64,000 nt of DNA from an uncultured Alphaproteobacteria bacterium (GCA_902464275.1 CABQIK010000007.1:8613-72612), one strand, 5' to 3'. Positions 46,216 through 57,878 are shown, numbered from the stretch's first letter. Numbers and translations: made by a program. The notes: generated by a model from the sequence alone, not told the origin.

Positions 46216-48519
46216 ATGAACAACATTTTTGATTTGGAAGATTCCGCCGCTCAAGATTATGACAACATCAGCGCCCTGCGCCCTGAATATGCGTGGCTGA
46301 ACACCTTAAATCCCGAACAGAGGCAAGCGGTTGAAACCACTGAAGGCCCGCTCTTGGTGCTGTCCGGCGCCGGAACCGGCAAAACCAAAGTTTTAACCAC
46401 CCGCTTGGCATACATTTTAGCCACCATGAAGGCGCAGCCGCGGAATTGTTTGGTGGTAACTTTTACCAACCGCGCCGCCAAAGAAATGAAAACCCGCGTG
46501 CAAGAAATGATTGGCGGAGTTGCCGATTCGGTTTGGCTCGGCACTTTTCACAGCATTTGCGTTAAAATTTTGCGTTCGCATGCCGAACTTGCCGGCTTAA
46601 AATCTAATTTTACCATTTTGGGTGAGGACGACCAACGACGGTTGATTAAGCAAATTCTTGAAGCCGAAGGCATAGATGAAAAAAAATATCCGCCGCAGGC
46701 CTTTGTTGATAAAATTCAGCGTTGGAAAGATAAAAATCTGCCGGTAGATAAAGTTGCCGCCGATAACAAAGACAACATCACGCTAATGGTTTATCAAAAA
46801 TATCAGGCGCGTATGCTTGAGCTTAACTGCGTTGATTTTGGCGACATTTTGCTTTACACCCTCAAAATTTTGCTTGAAAACCAAGAGGTTGTAAAAAAAT
46901 ATCAAAATCAGTTCAAATACATTATGGTTGATGAGTATCAAGACACCAACGTTACGCAATACATGTTTTTGCGTCTGCTTTCACAAATTCATCATAACTT
47001 ATGTTGCGTGGGCGATGATGACCAATCCATTTATTCATGGCGCGGCGCCGAAGTTGAAAATATTTTGCGCTTTGAAAAAGATTTCAGCAACGCCAAAATT
47101 ATCCGCCTTGAACGCAATTACCGTTCCACCGGCAATATTTTAAGAGCCGCCTCCAACTTAATCGGACACAACGAGGCAAGACTCGGCAAAACCCTTAAAG
47201 TGGCGGAAAACTCCCCCGCCAACCGTTGCCCGAATGAAAAAATTAAAGTTATAAGCACCTACAACGGCGAGGAAGAAGCCAAATATGTGGCTGATGAAAT
47301 TGAAAACTTAAAGCGCTCCGGCTATCTTTATTCTGATATGGCGGTTTTGGTACGCACTGCTTTTCAGACCCGTGAATTTGAAGAAAAATTTATTGCCGAA
47401 GCCATACCGTATCAGGTTATCGGCGGTCCCAAATTCTATGAGCGGCAGGAAGTGCGCGATTTGCTTGCTTATTTCAGAGTAATTTTGCAACCGGCGGACG
47501 ATTTGGCGTTTGAGCGCATTATCAACAAACCGGCGCGCGGCATCGGCGCCAAAAGCGTTGAAAAATTTCAGGATTACGCCCGCGAACATCATATTTCCAT
47601 GTTTGCCGCCGTTAATAAAATGCTCGGCAACGGTTTAATCACCGGCAAAAGCAAAACCGCCCTTACTGAATTAATGGAGCACTTCAATGAATGGCAAAAA
47701 ACGGCGCAAGCGGTCAGTCCGGACGATTTAGCCGCACAGGTTTTGGACGATTCCGGTTACTTAGACATGCTTAAAAACGACAAATCGGCTGAAGCCCCGG
47801 GACGTATTGAAAACTTAAAAGAATTGGTCGGCGTCATGGGCGATTCTGACAATTATCCCACATTAGCCGACTTTTTAGAGCACGTCAGCTTAGTTATGGA
47901 TAATGACAGCGCGGTAGATTCCAACAAAGTGCTGTTAATTACGCTGCACTCCGCCAAAGGCCTTGAATTTAAGGTAGTATTTTTACCGGGGTGGGAAGAA
48001 GGTTTGTTTCCGCATCAACGCGCGCTTGATGAAGGCGGCAAAGACGCTTTGGAAGAAGAGCGCCGTTTAGCCTATGTTGCCATTACTCGCGCCCGCGAAA
48101 AACTTTATATTTTAACCGCATTTACCCGCCGTATTTACGGACAATGGCAGAACAACACGCCGTCGCGCTTTTTTAACGAGCTTCCGTCTGATTGTTTAGC
48201 AATCAGCAACAATGCCAACCGTTATTACAGCGGAGGTTATCAAAATTTCAGCAATTATCGCCGCAAACCGAACAATGATTATAAAAAAACTAATAATTAC
48301 CGTCAAACTTCCGATTATGATGAATGCAGCGAGCACGAATACAGCTATGAACCTGCTGATGATTATGCGTCTTCTGCCAATAGCCTGAAAGGTCAGCGCG
48401 TATATCATGCCTCATTCGGATATGGCAAAATTTTAAGCGTCAGCGATGAAAAATGCGAAGTTTATTTTGATAAATACGGACGCAAAAAAATTATGGGCTC
48501 TTATCTTAAAAAAGTATAG
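46216..48519 (+). CDS. uvrD: ATP-dependent DNA helicase, UvrD/Rep/PcrA family
   Basis: Motif I GAGTGKT, motif II VDEYQDTN and other SF1 motifs. 767 aa. Confidence 0.85.
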   Translation: MNNIFDLEDSAAQDYDNISALRPEYAWLNTLNPEQRQAVETTEGPLLVLSGAGTGKTKVLTTRLAYILATMKAQPRNCLVVTFTNRAAKEMKTRVQEMIGGVADSVWLGTFHSICVKILRSHAELAGLKSNFTILGEDDQRRLIKQILEAEGIDEKKYPPQAFVDKIQRWKDKNLPVDKVAADNKDNITLMVYQKYQARMLELNCVDFGDILLYTLKILLENQEVVKKYQNQFKYIMVDEYQDTNVTQYMFLRLLSQIHHNLCCVGDDDQSIYSWRGAEVENILRFEKDFSNAKIIRLERNYRSTGNILRAASNLIGHNEARLGKTLKVAENSPANRCPNEKIKVISTYNGEEEAKYVADEIENLKRSGYLYSDMAVLVRTAFQTREFEEKFIAEAIPYQVIGGPKFYERQEVRDLLAYFRVILQPADDLAFERIINKPARGIGAKSVEKFQDYAREHHISMFAAVNKMLGNGLITGKSKTALTELMEHFNEWQKTAQAVSPDDLAAQVLDDSGYLDMLKNDKSAEAPGRIENLKELVGVMGDSDNYPTLADFLEHVSLVMDNDSAVDSNKVLLITLHSAKGLEFKVVFLPGWEEGLFPHQRALDEGGKDALEEERRLAYVAITRAREKLYILTAFTRRIYGQWQNNTPSRFFNELPSDCLAISNNANRYYSGGYQNFSNYRRKPNNDYKKTNNYRQTSDYDECSEHEYSYEPADDYASSANSLKGQRVYHASFGYGKILSVSDEKCEVYFDKYGRKKIMGSYLKKV

Positions 48520-48583
48520 CTTGTAAAACTTATAATCCTGATTACATAAACAGCATTGCGACTATGTTTCAAGGAGAAAAGCT

Positions 48584-48652
48584 ATGAAAATTTGGCATTG
48601 GATAGTTTTACTGGTGTTGGCCTTTGCGCTGATTATCACTTTTGCATATTAG
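48584..48652 (+). other. possible small hydrophobic peptide ORF (22 aa, MKIWHWIVLLVLAFALIITFAY)
   Basis: Strong RBS AAGGAGAAAAGCT before the ATG. A single TM-like peptide. Sits just upstream of pilin cassette copy B. Confidence 0.2.
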
Positions 48653-48750
48653 GCATACAACTTATACACAGCACGGACTCGTAAATATTGCAAAAAAAAA
48701 ACGCGGAGTAAAATCTTCTTAAATTTAACAATTTGAGGAGATTTTAGCTC
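48651..48750 (+). promoter_or_regulatory. conserved pilin upstream cassette, copy B
   Basis: Shares about 95% identity with 42091..42192 and 60511..60622. Contains TTGCAA...TAAAAT promoter-like hexamers and an inverted repeat GAGCTAAAATCTTC / GAGGAGATTTTAGCTC that spans the RBS. Confidence 0.6.
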
Positions 48751-49356
48751 ATGAATACACAATCAGGTCGGTCTATGGTGGAAATGCTCGGCGTTCTTGC
48801 TATTATCGGCGTGCTCAGCGTCGGGGCTATCAGCGGTTACAGCAAAGCAATGATGAAGTACCGGCTTAACAAATATTCTGAACAAATTAACACTGTTATC
48901 AATGCCGTTGCTCGTAATGCCCAGAGCTTTAACAATATGGAAAACGGAACTGACTTAACTGAAACTTTTATCAAAATGGGAGAAATCCCGACTGATATGA
49001 CAAAACCGAATAACTTCACCGGTATATATGATGTTTTTGGGCAAAAATGGCGAATTTTTATCGGTTCAACCGCCACAACAATCTTTTTATCAATGACCGG
49101 CTCATCATTAAAAACTTTATCTGCGGATAATTTAGCCATTTGCCAAACCACATTTACCGTAGCTAAAGAAAATGCCGATAGTATCAGATATATAGAAACC
49201 ATCAGCAATGCCGGAACGGAAAATAAAATTGATAAGGCTTGGTTTGGCGACGCCTATTGCCACCAATCAAATTGCCTGCGAAATTTACTATGGACGGTAT
49301 TTACAATGCCTGCACTGCTCACAAAGGCGTCAATGAACCTATATATTTTCAAATAA
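48751..49356 (+). CDS. type IV pilin-like protein, paralog 2
   Basis: MNTQSG|RSMVEMLGVLAIIGVLSVGAISGYSKAM class III signal and N-terminal helix. C-terminal disulfide loop GDAYCHQSNC. Confidence 0.72.
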   Translation: MNTQSGRSMVEMLGVLAIIGVLSVGAISGYSKAMMKYRLNKYSEQINTVINAVARNAQSFNNMENGTDLTETFIKMGEIPTDMTKPNNFTGIYDVFGQKWRIFIGSTATTIFLSMTGSSLKTLSADNLAICQTTFTVAKENADSIRYIETISNAGTENKIDKAWFGDAYCHQSNCLRNLLWTVFTMPALLTKASMNLYIFK

Positions 49357-49374
49357 CATGGGATAAATAAAACT

Positions 49375-49406
49375 TAAACCCCTGCTTCGGTTAAAAAGCA
49401 GGGGTT
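49375..49406. terminator. bidirectional terminator between pilin 2 and pnp
   Basis: AAACCCCTGCTT-cggttaaaa-AGCAGGGGTTT followed by a T-run. Confidence 0.7.
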
Positions 49407-49427
49407 TATTTTTAAGCTTAACAGCGA

Positions 49428-51545
49428 TTATTCGCGGTCTTCACCGGTTTCTTGGTTTACGCGTTTGGCTGAAAGCTTCCACTTACCGCGGTTGTCAACA
49501 CCCAAACATTTAACCCAAATGGTGTCACCTTCCTTATAGAAGTCTGAAACAGAGGCAATGCGCTCATCTTTAACTTCCGAAATATGAACCAAACCTTCGG
49601 TAGTGCCGACAAAACGAACGAATGCGCCAAAATCCATAATTTTGGTAATAACACCTTTATAGATTTTGCCTTCTTCCGGAACGGCAATAATACCGTTAAT
49701 AATATCCAAAGCAGCTTGTCCGTCTTCAGTGTTAGCAGAAGCAATTTGAACCACGCCGTCATCGGAAATATCAATTTTGGTATTGGTTTTTTCAATAATT
49801 TCACGAATAACTTTACCGCCTGAGCCGATAACTTCACGAATTTTATCAACCGGAATTTTGATTGAAATAATACGCGGAGCAAGCGGCGACACATTAGCAC
49901 GCGGCTCGGCAATCGCTTTTGCCATTTCACCCAAAATATGAATACGACCTTCATGCGCTTGCGCCAAAGCGTTTTTCATAATTTCTTTGGTGATAGATGT
50001 AATTTTAATATCCATCTGCAAAGCGGTAACGCCATCTTTGGTACCGGCAACTTTAAAGTCCATATCGCCAAGGTGGTCTTCATCACCCAAAATATCGGTC
50101 AAAATGGCAACTCTGCCGTCAGCTTCTTTAATCAAGCCCATGGCAATACCGGCAACCGGCTTTTTCATCGGCACGCCGGCCGCTTCAAGTGATAAAGTTG
50201 TGCCGCATACGGTAGCCATTGATGATGAACCGTTAGATTCCATAATATCCGAAACAACACGAATAGAATACGGGAATTTTTCTTTATCGGTCGGCAACAT
50301 CGGATGAATAGCGCGCCATGCCAATTTACCGTGACCGATTTCACGACGTCCCGGAGTACCTAAACGACCGCATTCACCAACCGAGAACGGCGGGAAGTTA
50401 TAATAAAGCATAAAGTCTTGCTTATACTCATTCATTAAGCCGTCAACAACCTGAGCATCATCTTCGGTGCCCAAAGTGGTAACAACCAAAGCCTGCGTTT
50501 CGCCGCGGGTAAACAAAGCCGAACCGTGAGTAGTCGGCAAAACATCGACTTCACAACTGATGGGGCGAACGGTTTTGGTATCGCGTCCGTCAATACGGCG
50601 GCCGGTGGTCAAAACTTTTTCGCGCATAACTTTGTGCATAATGTGCTCGATTACATCACCGATATAACGAACTTCAAGTTCGTTTTCAGGATCAATACCG
50701 GCTTTAATTTCTTCAGCCAGCTGTCCCAAAGTGGTGCTGCGAGTTTGCTTATCAACTTCATTAAAAGCTTCTTCATATTTTTTAGCATAATCTTTTTCAA
50801 TGCGGGTATACAACTCATCAAATTCTGCCGGAAACTTAGGTTCTTCCCAAGCCGGTTTGCCGGCCTGTTTAGCTAACTCGTTAATCATTTTAATAACCGG
50901 TTGGAAGCTTTCAAAACCAAACATAACCGCGCCGAGCATGGTTTCTTCCGAAAGCTCGTCAGCTTCTGATTCAACCATCAGCACGCCTTCTGACGTACCG
51001 GCAACGGCAAGTTCCAATTCTGAAGTTTTGCGTTCTTCCAAAGTCGGGTTCAAAATATATTCACCGTTTTTATAGCCGATTTTAGCAGCGCCGATAGGTC
51101 CCATAAACGGAATACCTGAAACTGCCAAAGCGGCAGAGGCTGCAATCATGGCAACAACATCAGAATCGTTTTTTTGGTCATGCGACAAAGTTGTGCAAAT
51201 AATTTGAACTTCATTTTTAAAAGCATCAGGAAACAACGGACGAATAGGACGGTCAATCAAACGTGAAATTAAAACTTCGCGTTCTGACGGTTTGCCTTCG
51301 CGTTTCATAAAGCCGCCCGGAATTTTACCGGTGGCATAATATTTTTCCTGATAGTTAACGGTTAAAGGGAAGAAATCCTGATCTGCTTTAGCTTCTTTTG
51401 CGGCAACAACCGTAGCAACAACAACAGTATCTCCATAAGAAGCCACCACTGCTCCGGTTGCCTGACGAGCTATTTTTCCGGTTTCTAAAACCAATTTACG
51501 ACCGCCCCAATCCATTTCTTGGCGGCATTCCTTAAATTCAATCAT
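49428..51545 (-). CDS. pnp: polyribonucleotide nucleotidyltransferase (PNPase)
   Basis: 705 aa. Two RNase PH domains, KH and S1 domains. Confidence 0.95.
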   Translation of the reverse strand: MIEFKECRQEMDWGGRKLVLETGKIARQATGAVVASYGDTVVVATVVAAKEAKADQDFFPLTVNYQEKYYATGKIPGGFMKREGKPSEREVLISRLIDRPIRPLFPDAFKNEVQIICTTLSHDQKNDSDVVAMIAASAALAVSGIPFMGPIGAAKIGYKNGEYILNPTLEERKTSELELAVAGTSEGVLMVESEADELSEETMLGAVMFGFESFQPVIKMINELAKQAGKPAWEEPKFPAEFDELYTRIEKDYAKKYEEAFNEVDKQTRSTTLGQLAEEIKAGIDPENELEVRYIGDVIEHIMHKVMREKVLTTGRRIDGRDTKTVRPISCEVDVLPTTHGSALFTRGETQALVVTTLGTEDDAQVVDGLMNEYKQDFMLYYNFPPFSVGECGRLGTPGRREIGHGKLAWRAIHPMLPTDKEKFPYSIRVVSDIMESNGSSSMATVCGTTLSLEAAGVPMKKPVAGIAMGLIKEADGRVAILTDILGDEDHLGDMDFKVAGTKDGVTALQMDIKITSITKEIMKNALAQAHEGRIHILGEMAKAIAEPRANVSPLAPRIISIKIPVDKIREVIGSGGKVIREIIEKTNTKIDISDDGVVQIASANTEDGQAALDIINGIIAVPEEGKIYKGVITKIMDFGAFVRFVGTTEGLVHISEVKDERIASVSDFYKEGDTIWVKCLGVDNRGKWKLSAKRVNQETGEDRE

Positions 51546-51559
51546 ATTTCTTTACCTTT

Positions 51560-51645
51560 CTTTTTCCTATAAACCTCACCCGAAAACATTTTCGGGATTT
51601 TATAAAACTGCGGAGCCCCATTGCCCCGCAGTTTTTTAATCTGTG
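51560..51645 (-). promoter_or_regulatory. rpsO terminator / pnp leader hairpins
   Basis: On the minus strand: AAAAAACTGCGGGGCAATGGGGCTCCGCAGTTTTAT (terminator-like) followed by the hairpin CCCGAAAA-tg-TTTTCGGG. This is the classic rpsO-pnp intergenic architecture. Confidence 0.55.
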
Positions 51646-51649
51646 ACTA

Positions 51650-51919
51650 TTACTTACGCAGATCCAATTTTTTAATCAAAGCCTGATATCTGTCTTCGCT
51701 TTTAGCTTTCAAGTGATCTAACAAGTGACGACGGCGACTAACCATTTTCATCAAACCCAAACGTGAGTGTAAATCTTTTGTATGAACATTGAAGTGTTCA
51801 ATCAAAGTATTGATGCGGTAGGTCCAAATAGCAATTTGAACTTCCGGAGAACCGGTATCACCGGGCTTTGTGCCGTATTTGGCAATAATTTCTTGTTTCT
51901 GTTCGTTTGAAATCGACAT
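51650..51919 (-). CDS. rpsO: 30S ribosomal protein S15
   Basis: 89 aa. [18 protein letters not shown]. Confidence 0.95.
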   Translation of the reverse strand: MSISNEQKQEIIAKYGTKPGDTGSPEVQIAIWTYRINTLIEHFNVHTKDLHSRLGLMKMVSRRRHLLDHLKAKSEDRYQALIKKLDLRK

Positions 51920-51934
51920 CTTTTTTTCCTTATG

Positions 51935-52843
51935 TTATAAATTAAAAACACGAATTGGCGAAATTTTTCGTTCGTCAACCCTAACCAGCGCTGTTAAACA
52001 ACCCAAGCACAAAGCCGCCGCGGTTTTTCCGATTAAATTTTCAATCGGATATAATTTTGGCGAAATGCCTTGTCCTTGTTTTAATTTAACGGCATCTTCT
52101 TCCGAAACGGCAATCACCGCGATGTCGCGCAGTGACGTCTCTGTCGGCAGAAGTAATTGCTGTCGCTCAATGGTATACACCATATTTTTTACATTTTCCA
52201 GTAAAATTGTGTCATCAAGCGAAAATATTCCGCATTTAGTGCGGCGCAATGCCGCCAAATGCCCGACTGTATTGAGTTTTAAGGCAATATCTTTACCCAA
52301 TGTTCGCACATAAGTTCCCTTAGAGCAAGCCACTCTGAACTTAAACAATATATCGCTAAGCTGCTCTTTTAACTCCAGTTCATAAATTTCAACCTGCCGC
52401 GGCGGTATGGCAACGTCTTTGCCCTGACGCGCCAGCTTATAAGCCCGCTCCCCGTTGATTTTTATGGCCGAATAAGCAGGCGGAACTTGTGTAATTGTCC
52501 CCGTAAATTGCGGCAAAACCGCCAAAATTTCCGCTTTGGTCGGAATTTTTGCCGATTCGCTTATAACCTCGCCCTCGCAGTCATCAGTGTTGGTGGCAGT
52601 GCCAAACTGCAAAACAAACTCATATTCTTTTTTACCGTCCATTACAAACGGAATAAGTTTGGTTGCCTCTCCGAACGCAACCGGCAAAACTCCGGTAGCA
52701 AACGGGTCAAGCGTTCCGGCATGCCCGTTTTTGTTGGCGTTAAGCAAGCGGCGGGTTAAATTAACCACATCGGTTGAACCCGTATTCTGCGGCTTGTCAA
52801 TTATCAGCCAACCGTTTACATCGTCATATTTTGTGCGTTTCAT
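51935..52843 (-). CDS. truB: tRNA pseudouridine(55) synthase
   Basis: GHAGTLDPFATGVLPVAFGEATK catalytic motif. Confidence 0.9.
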   Translation of the reverse strand: MKRTKYDDVNGWLIIDKPQNTGSTDVVNLTRRLLNANKNGHAGTLDPFATGVLPVAFGEATKLIPFVMDGKKEYEFVLQFGTATNTDDCEGEVISESAKIPTKAEILAVLPQFTGTITQVPPAYSAIKINGERAYKLARQGKDVAIPPRQVEIYELELKEQLSDILFKFRVACSKGTYVRTLGKDIALKLNTVGHLAALRRTKCGIFSLDDTILLENVKNMVYTIERQQLLLPTETSLRDIAVIAVSEEDAVKLKQGQGISPKLYPIENLIGKTAAALCLGCLTALVRVDERKISPIRVFNL

Positions 52844-53628
52844 TCAAGCACCATAAACAAATAGGTCATTACAATAAAGCCTGAAAACACCGCAAAAGCC
52901 GATTTTTCCGTTTGTTTATAACCATATGTTTCCGGCAAAATTTCATTTACCACCACAAACAGCAGCGTTCCGCCCGCCATCGCCATCGCATACGGAATAA
53001 ACGCCGTGCCGAACCCGATAAACAATAACCCGAGCAAAGCCCCAAACGGCTGAATAAGTCCTAGCAAACACGAAGTAAACGCCGCTTTTAATCTGCTTTC
53101 ACCGGCGCCGACCAACGATATTGCTATGGTCAAACCTTCCGGAATATTATGCAGGGCGATTCCTAAAACCAAGCTCAGCGGATTTATCATATTTTCAGCG
53201 CTGTAAGCAACCCCGACCGCCAATCCTTCCGGCAGTTTATGAAGCGAAATGGCAATAATAAAAAGCCATGCCTTGCGCAAACTGAAAAACGGTCCGTGAT
53301 GTCCCATATTGTTATGCTCATGCGGCAGCAAATCATTTAGGAGCCATACCAACGAAACTCCTAAAAACACCGCCGCGCAATACCAAAAGCTTGCGGTATG
53401 AATTTCGGCGCCGGAATTAACAATTTCTTGCATTGACGGCACCAACAGCGCAAAAAACGACGCCGCCAACATAACGCCGGCCGCCACGTTCAACATCGTG
53501 TTAATATCGCCTTTAGAATATTTGTTTTTCAAAAAAACGGCAAAACCGCCGATACCGGTAAAAAGTCCGGCCACCACCGCCGCCAAGAATCCGCTTATAA
53601 ACGACGGATTAGCTAACAGAGCCTCCAT
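52840..53628 (-). CDS. zupT: ZIP family metal transporter (ZupT-like)
   Basis: 8 TMs. HNIPEGLAV/HKLPEGLAVG ZIP signatures. Confidence 0.8.
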   Translation of the reverse strand: MEALLANPSFISGFLAAVVAGLFTGIGGFAVFLKNKYSKGDINTMLNVAAGVMLAASFFALLVPSMQEIVNSGAEIHTASFWYCAAVFLGVSLVWLLNDLLPHEHNNMGHHGPFFSLRKAWLFIIAISLHKLPEGLAVGVAYSAENMINPLSLVLGIALHNIPEGLTIAISLVGAGESRLKAAFTSCLLGLIQPFGALLGLLFIGFGTAFIPYAMAMAGGTLLFVVVNEILPETYGYKQTEKSAFAVFSGFIVMTYLFMVLE

Positions 53629-54598
53629 CTTCTTTATCTCCTTGCTTTTTCATTAATTGCGCCAGTGTAATTTTTTGCGGCACAAACATATCTTTATATA
53701 TAGAGCAAAACTTGTTTTTCATAGCCTCAGCATCATTAACTTCGGCAAAAAACACATTTTTATCCGCCGCGTCATGTTTAGCAAATTCGCCGCCGGCTTT
53801 TTTAAATTCCGCGTCGGCAACCGCTAAAGCCGAAAGCATATCATATTGCTGCGATACCGGCGATTCGCACTTTGCCGCGCGCAACTGCTTAACCACCAAA
53901 TTTTTGCTGTTTTCCGCCGCGTCTGAAAATTCCGTCTGCATATTTAAGCTTTTTACGCTCTCCGGCGTAACAACCACTAACCGCACATCATTATTTTGCG
54001 CGTATTCAAACAGCGTTTCCGCCGCCGGAGCACCGAACTTAAAGTTAAAGCTGCTATTATCCGGCGTATATTTTCCGCCTTCCGATTTTTGCGGCAACAC
54101 ATTGCCCATTACCACAATTTTTTTAACTTTTTTCTTCACCACATCGGCGGTCGCGCTCAAAAACTTGGCAAAATCCGGAAACGGCGCGTTAAGCAGTATC
54201 ACAATTTTTTTATCTTTAACCGACTTAAAATACTCTTGCATAAAAGTCATGCCGCTGCGCAAAATTGCCGAACCATTAACTTCAAATTCGTGCGAAAATT
54301 CATTCTCGGGATAAATATTTTCCTCTGCCTCATTTTGCAGCTCATAATCGCCCCCGGGCACCACCCGTACAAACGGCATATTAAGCAAGCTCATCACCCC
54401 TTTGGCATAAAGCGCCCGACGGCGGCGGGTTTCAAACGCGCCCAATTCGGTTATTATGCCTTTAAGCTCAATCTGTTTGGTTTTCGCCAAATAAGCCAAA
54501 ACCGGCATTGCCGCCAAATCGTCATAATAACCATTGTTAATGTCGGTAAAAACCAACACTTCAGGTATAGTGCGTTCTTTTTGCTTTTTTTGCGCCAT
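53609..54598 (-). CDS. hypothetical protein (possible nucleoside-hydrolase-like N-terminal Asp cluster)
   Basis: 329 aa. TDINNGYYDD Asp cluster near the N-terminus. No confident assignment. Confidence 0.4.
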   Translation of the reverse strand: MAQKKQKERTIPEVLVFTDINNGYYDDLAAMPVLAYLAKTKQIELKGIITELGAFETRRRRALYAKGVMSLLNMPFVRVVPGGDYELQNEAEENIYPENEFSHEFEVNGSAILRSGMTFMQEYFKSVKDKKIVILLNAPFPDFAKFLSATADVVKKKVKKIVVMGNVLPQKSEGGKYTPDNSSFNFKFGAPAAETLFEYAQNNDVRLVVVTPESVKSLNMQTEFSDAAENSKNLVVKQLRAAKCESPVSQQYDMLSALAVADAEFKKAGGEFAKHDAADKNVFFAEVNDAEAMKNKFCSIYKDMFVPQKITLAQLMKKQGDKEDGGSVS

Positions 54599-54600
54599 AA

Positions 54601-56058
54601 TTAACCCAATTTCTGCTTCAAAATTTGGTTTACCATCGCCGGATTTGCCGTGCCTTTAGACTGCTTCATAACCTGTCCGACAAACCAACCCATTAAGTTT
54701 ACTTTACCGGCTTTATATGCAGCCACATTGTCCGGATTAGCCGCCAATACGTTGTCAATCACCGCCTCAATCGCGCCGGTATCGGTAACCTGACGCCAAC
54801 CGTGCTCATCAACAATCTTTTCAGGCTCGCCGCCGGTTTCGGCCATAATGGCAAACACGTCTTTAGCGGTCTTGCCGTTAATAACGTTTTTGCTGATTAA
54901 GTCAACCAATTTGCCCAACTGCTCGGCTGAAACCGGTGATTTTTCAAGCGGCAGACGCTTAGCGTTAAGCATAGCAAAAAAATCGCCCATAATCCAGTTT
55001 GCCACCTTTTTGGCGTCATGTCCGGCAGCCGCGTTTTCAAAAAAGTCCGCTACTTCTTTATTTTCGCACAAAACCGAAGCGTCATAAGCCGTTAAACCCA
55101 ACTCTTTAATAAAGCGGGCTTTTTTAGCGTCCGGAAGCTCAACCATTTCTTTGCGAATACCATCAATAAATTCATCTGATAAATTAAGCGGCGGCAAATC
55201 AGGCTCCGGAAAATAACGATAATCATGCGCAAATTCTTTTTTGCGCATAACTTTGGTTTGTCCGGTTGACGGGTCAAACTGACGAGTTTCCTGCTCAATG
55301 ATTCCGCCGTTTTCATAAACTTCAACATGACGCTTGGCTTCATTTTCAATTGCCTGCATCACAAACTTAACACTGTTTACGTTTTTCATTTCGCAGCGGG
55401 TACGCAATTCATCAGAGCCGTACGGACGCACCGAAACATTAACATCGCAACGCATTGAGCCCTCGTCCATATTGCCGTCGCAAGTTCCCAAATAGCGTAC
55501 AATTGAGCGCAGTTTTTTCAAAAACGCTCCCGCCTCTTCCGGTGCCTTAAAATCAGGTTTGGTTACAATTTCCATTAATCCCACGCCGGCGCGGTTTAAA
55601 TCAATATAACTTTTTTTCGGGTTAATATCATGAACCGATTTGCCGGCGTCTTGCTCAATATGCATACGCTCAATGCGAATATCTTTAGCGGTGCCGTCGC
55701 TCAAATCAATCGTGATTTTACCTTCGCCGACAATCGGATACTGAAACTGCGTAATTTGGTATCCCTGCGGCAAATCGGCGTAAAAATAATTTTTGCGGGA
55801 AAATTCCGAGTGCTTATTAATAACCGCGTTCAAACCCAATCCGGTTTTAACCGCCTGACGCACGCATTCTTCATTCAGCACCGGCAGCATTCCCGGCATA
55901 CCGGCATCAATAAATGAAACGTTCTCATTGGCGTCATCGCCAAATTCGGTAGATGCGCCGCTGAACATTTTAGATTTGCTGACTATCTGACAATGTATTT
56001 CAAGCCCGCACACAATTTCCCATTTACCTTTCGGGGTTTCAATAATGTATTCTGCCAT
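54601..56058 (-). CDS. gatB: Asp-tRNA(Asn)/Glu-tRNA(Gln) amidotransferase subunit B
   Basis: [26 protein letters not shown]-terminus. 485 aa. Confidence 0.95.
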   Translation of the reverse strand: MAEYIIETPKGKWEIVCGLEIHCQIVSKSKMFSGASTEFGDDANENVSFIDAGMPGMLPVLNEECVRQAVKTGLGLNAVINKHSEFSRKNYFYADLPQGYQITQFQYPIVGEGKITIDLSDGTAKDIRIERMHIEQDAGKSVHDINPKKSYIDLNRAGVGLMEIVTKPDFKAPEEAGAFLKKLRSIVRYLGTCDGNMDEGSMRCDVNVSVRPYGSDELRTRCEMKNVNSVKFVMQAIENEAKRHVEVYENGGIIEQETRQFDPSTGQTKVMRKKEFAHDYRYFPEPDLPPLNLSDEFIDGIRKEMVELPDAKKARFIKELGLTAYDASVLCENKEVADFFENAAAGHDAKKVANWIMGDFFAMLNAKRLPLEKSPVSAEQLGKLVDLISKNVINGKTAKDVFAIMAETGGEPEKIVDEHGWRQVTDTGAIEAVIDNVLAANPDNVAAYKAGKVNLMGWFVGQVMKQSKGTANPAMVNQILKQKLG

Positions 56059-56060
56059 TT

Positions 56061-57554
56061 TTATTTCCTTTTAAATTCCGCGTCGCATTCCAAAGCGTAT
56101 CCGGTCTTAAATACGGTTTCTTCATCAAAAGCCTTACCGATAAGTTGCATACCGAGCGGCAAACCTTCGGCCGAAAGCCCGATAGGCAGGCTCATTGCCG
56201 GCAATCCTGCCAAACTTACCGAAACCGTAAACACATCATTTAAGTACATATTTATCGGATTTTCCGCCATTGACTTATCCCCGATCGGAAATGCGCCGGT
56301 CGGAGCCGTCGGCGTTAAAATAACGTCACATTTTTCAAACGCTTTAATAAAATCATTTTTAATCAAGCGGCGAACCTTTTGCGCCTTTAAGTAATAAGCA
56401 TCGTAATATCCGGCAGAAAGCACATAAGTCCCGACCATAATACGGCGCTTAACCTCACGCCCGAAACCGGCCGTGCGGGTATTGATATACAAATTGTCCA
56501 AATGCTCGCCGTCTACCCGATTGCCAAACCTGATACCGTCATATCGCGCAAGGTTAGACGAGGCTTCCGCCGGCGCAATAATATAATAAACCGGCAGCGC
56601 GTATTTGGTATGCGGCAATGAAATATTAACAATTTCCGCCCCGCGCGCTTTAAGCATTTGAGCGGCTTTGTCCCAAGCTGCGGCAATCTCACTGTTCAAA
56701 CCGTTCTGACGATATTCCGCCGGAATACCAATCTTTAAGCCTTTAATATCAGCGCTCAAAACTTTTTCAAAATCAGGTACCGGCATATTAGCTGAGGTTG
56801 AATCTTTGTTATCATAGCCGGCCATAACCTTCAACAAAATTGCGCAATCGCGAACATCTTTGGCCATTGGGCCTGCCTGATCAAGCGATGACGCAAACGC
56901 CATAATGCCATAGCGGGAGCAACGCCCGTAAGTCGGTTTAATACCGGTAATTCCGCAGAATGCCGCCGGCTGACGAATTGAACCGCCAGTATCGGTACCG
57001 GTTGCCGCCGCGCACATTTTTGCGCAAACCGCAACCGCCGAACCACCGGAAGAACCACCGGCAACCAATTTAACATCTTTGCTCCACGGATTAACCGCCG
57101 GCCCGAAACAACCGGTTTCAGTGCTACCGCCCATTGCAAACTCGTCCATATTGAGCTTGCCCAAAAATCCGGCGCCCGCATTAAATAAATTAGCGGTAAC
57201 AGTAGATTCGTATTGCGGCACAAAATTATCAATAATGTGTGAGCATGCCGTGGTGCGAATACCTTTGGTGCAAAACAAATCTTTAATTCCGAGCGGAATA
57301 CCCTCAAGCGCGCGAGCCGTATCGGCGGCATAATTTTTGTCGGCAATATCCGCAGCTTTTAACGCAACTTCCGGAGTTTCCAAAACATAGGCGTTATATT
57401 TGCGCCCGTCTTCCATTTTTTTAATATAAGCTTTCGTTAATTCTTTGGCGCTTATTTTTTTACTTTTCAGTGACTGCAAAGCCTCAGAAACGGTCAAATC
57501 TGTTAATTCGGTCATCATTTTACTCCACAACTTTCGGCACGGCAAAATAACCAA
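56061..57554 (-). CDS. gatA: amidotransferase subunit A
   Basis: Amidase signature [11 protein letters not shown]. 497 aa. Confidence 0.95.
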   Translation of the reverse strand: MVILPCRKLWSKMMTELTDLTVSEALQSLKSKKISAKELTKAYIKKMEDGRKYNAYVLETPEVALKAADIADKNYAADTARALEGIPLGIKDLFCTKGIRTTACSHIIDNFVPQYESTVTANLFNAGAGFLGKLNMDEFAMGGSTETGCFGPAVNPWSKDVKLVAGGSSGGSAVAVCAKMCAAATGTDTGGSIRQPAAFCGITGIKPTYGRCSRYGIMAFASSLDQAGPMAKDVRDCAILLKVMAGYDNKDSTSANMPVPDFEKVLSADIKGLKIGIPAEYRQNGLNSEIAAAWDKAAQMLKARGAEIVNISLPHTKYALPVYYIIAPAEASSNLARYDGIRFGNRVDGEHLDNLYINTRTAGFGREVKRRIMVGTYVLSAGYYDAYYLKAQKVRRLIKNDFIKAFEKCDVILTPTAPTGAFPIGDKSMAENPINMYLNDVFTVSVSLAGLPAMSLPIGLSAEGLPLGMQLIGKAFDEETVFKTGYALECDAEFKRK

Positions 57555-57816
57555 ACTCGCTCATCGGCGCATTGGCAAGCACTTCAGCTTTTTTATTGCC
57601 GTCATTAACCACGTCTTCGCGGCAAACCAACTTAGTTTCATTAACTGAAACCAAAGGCTCCACCGATTCGGTATCAACCTCATTTAATTGTTCAACCCAA
57701 TCTAAAATTTTATTAAATTCGTCTTTGGTTGCCTCAATTTTATCATCATCAACTTTCAATCTTGATAAAAAGGCAATTCTTTTAACCGTTTGACTATCTA
57801 TTGCCATAATATTCAC
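57520..57816 (-). CDS. gatC: amidotransferase subunit C
   Basis: About 95 aa. [17 protein letters not shown]. First gene of the gatCAB operon. Confidence 0.85.
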   Translation of the reverse strand: MNIMAIDSQTVKRIAFLSRLKVDDDKIEATKDEFNKILDWVEQLNEVDTESVEPLVSVNETKLVCREDVVNDGNKKAEVLANAPMSEFGYFAVPKVVE

Positions 57817-57878
57817 CTTTATAAAACAAAACTGTTTGCTGTTGTAACAGCCTCGCGCTTATTTTTCAAGTTAAAAAC

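Noticed and set aside
48196-48408. Minus-strand 70-aa ORF inside the uvrD 3' region and other small ORFs in the Asn/Tyr-rich uvrD C-terminal tail
   Set aside because: Antisense to a conserved helicase. Composition-driven.
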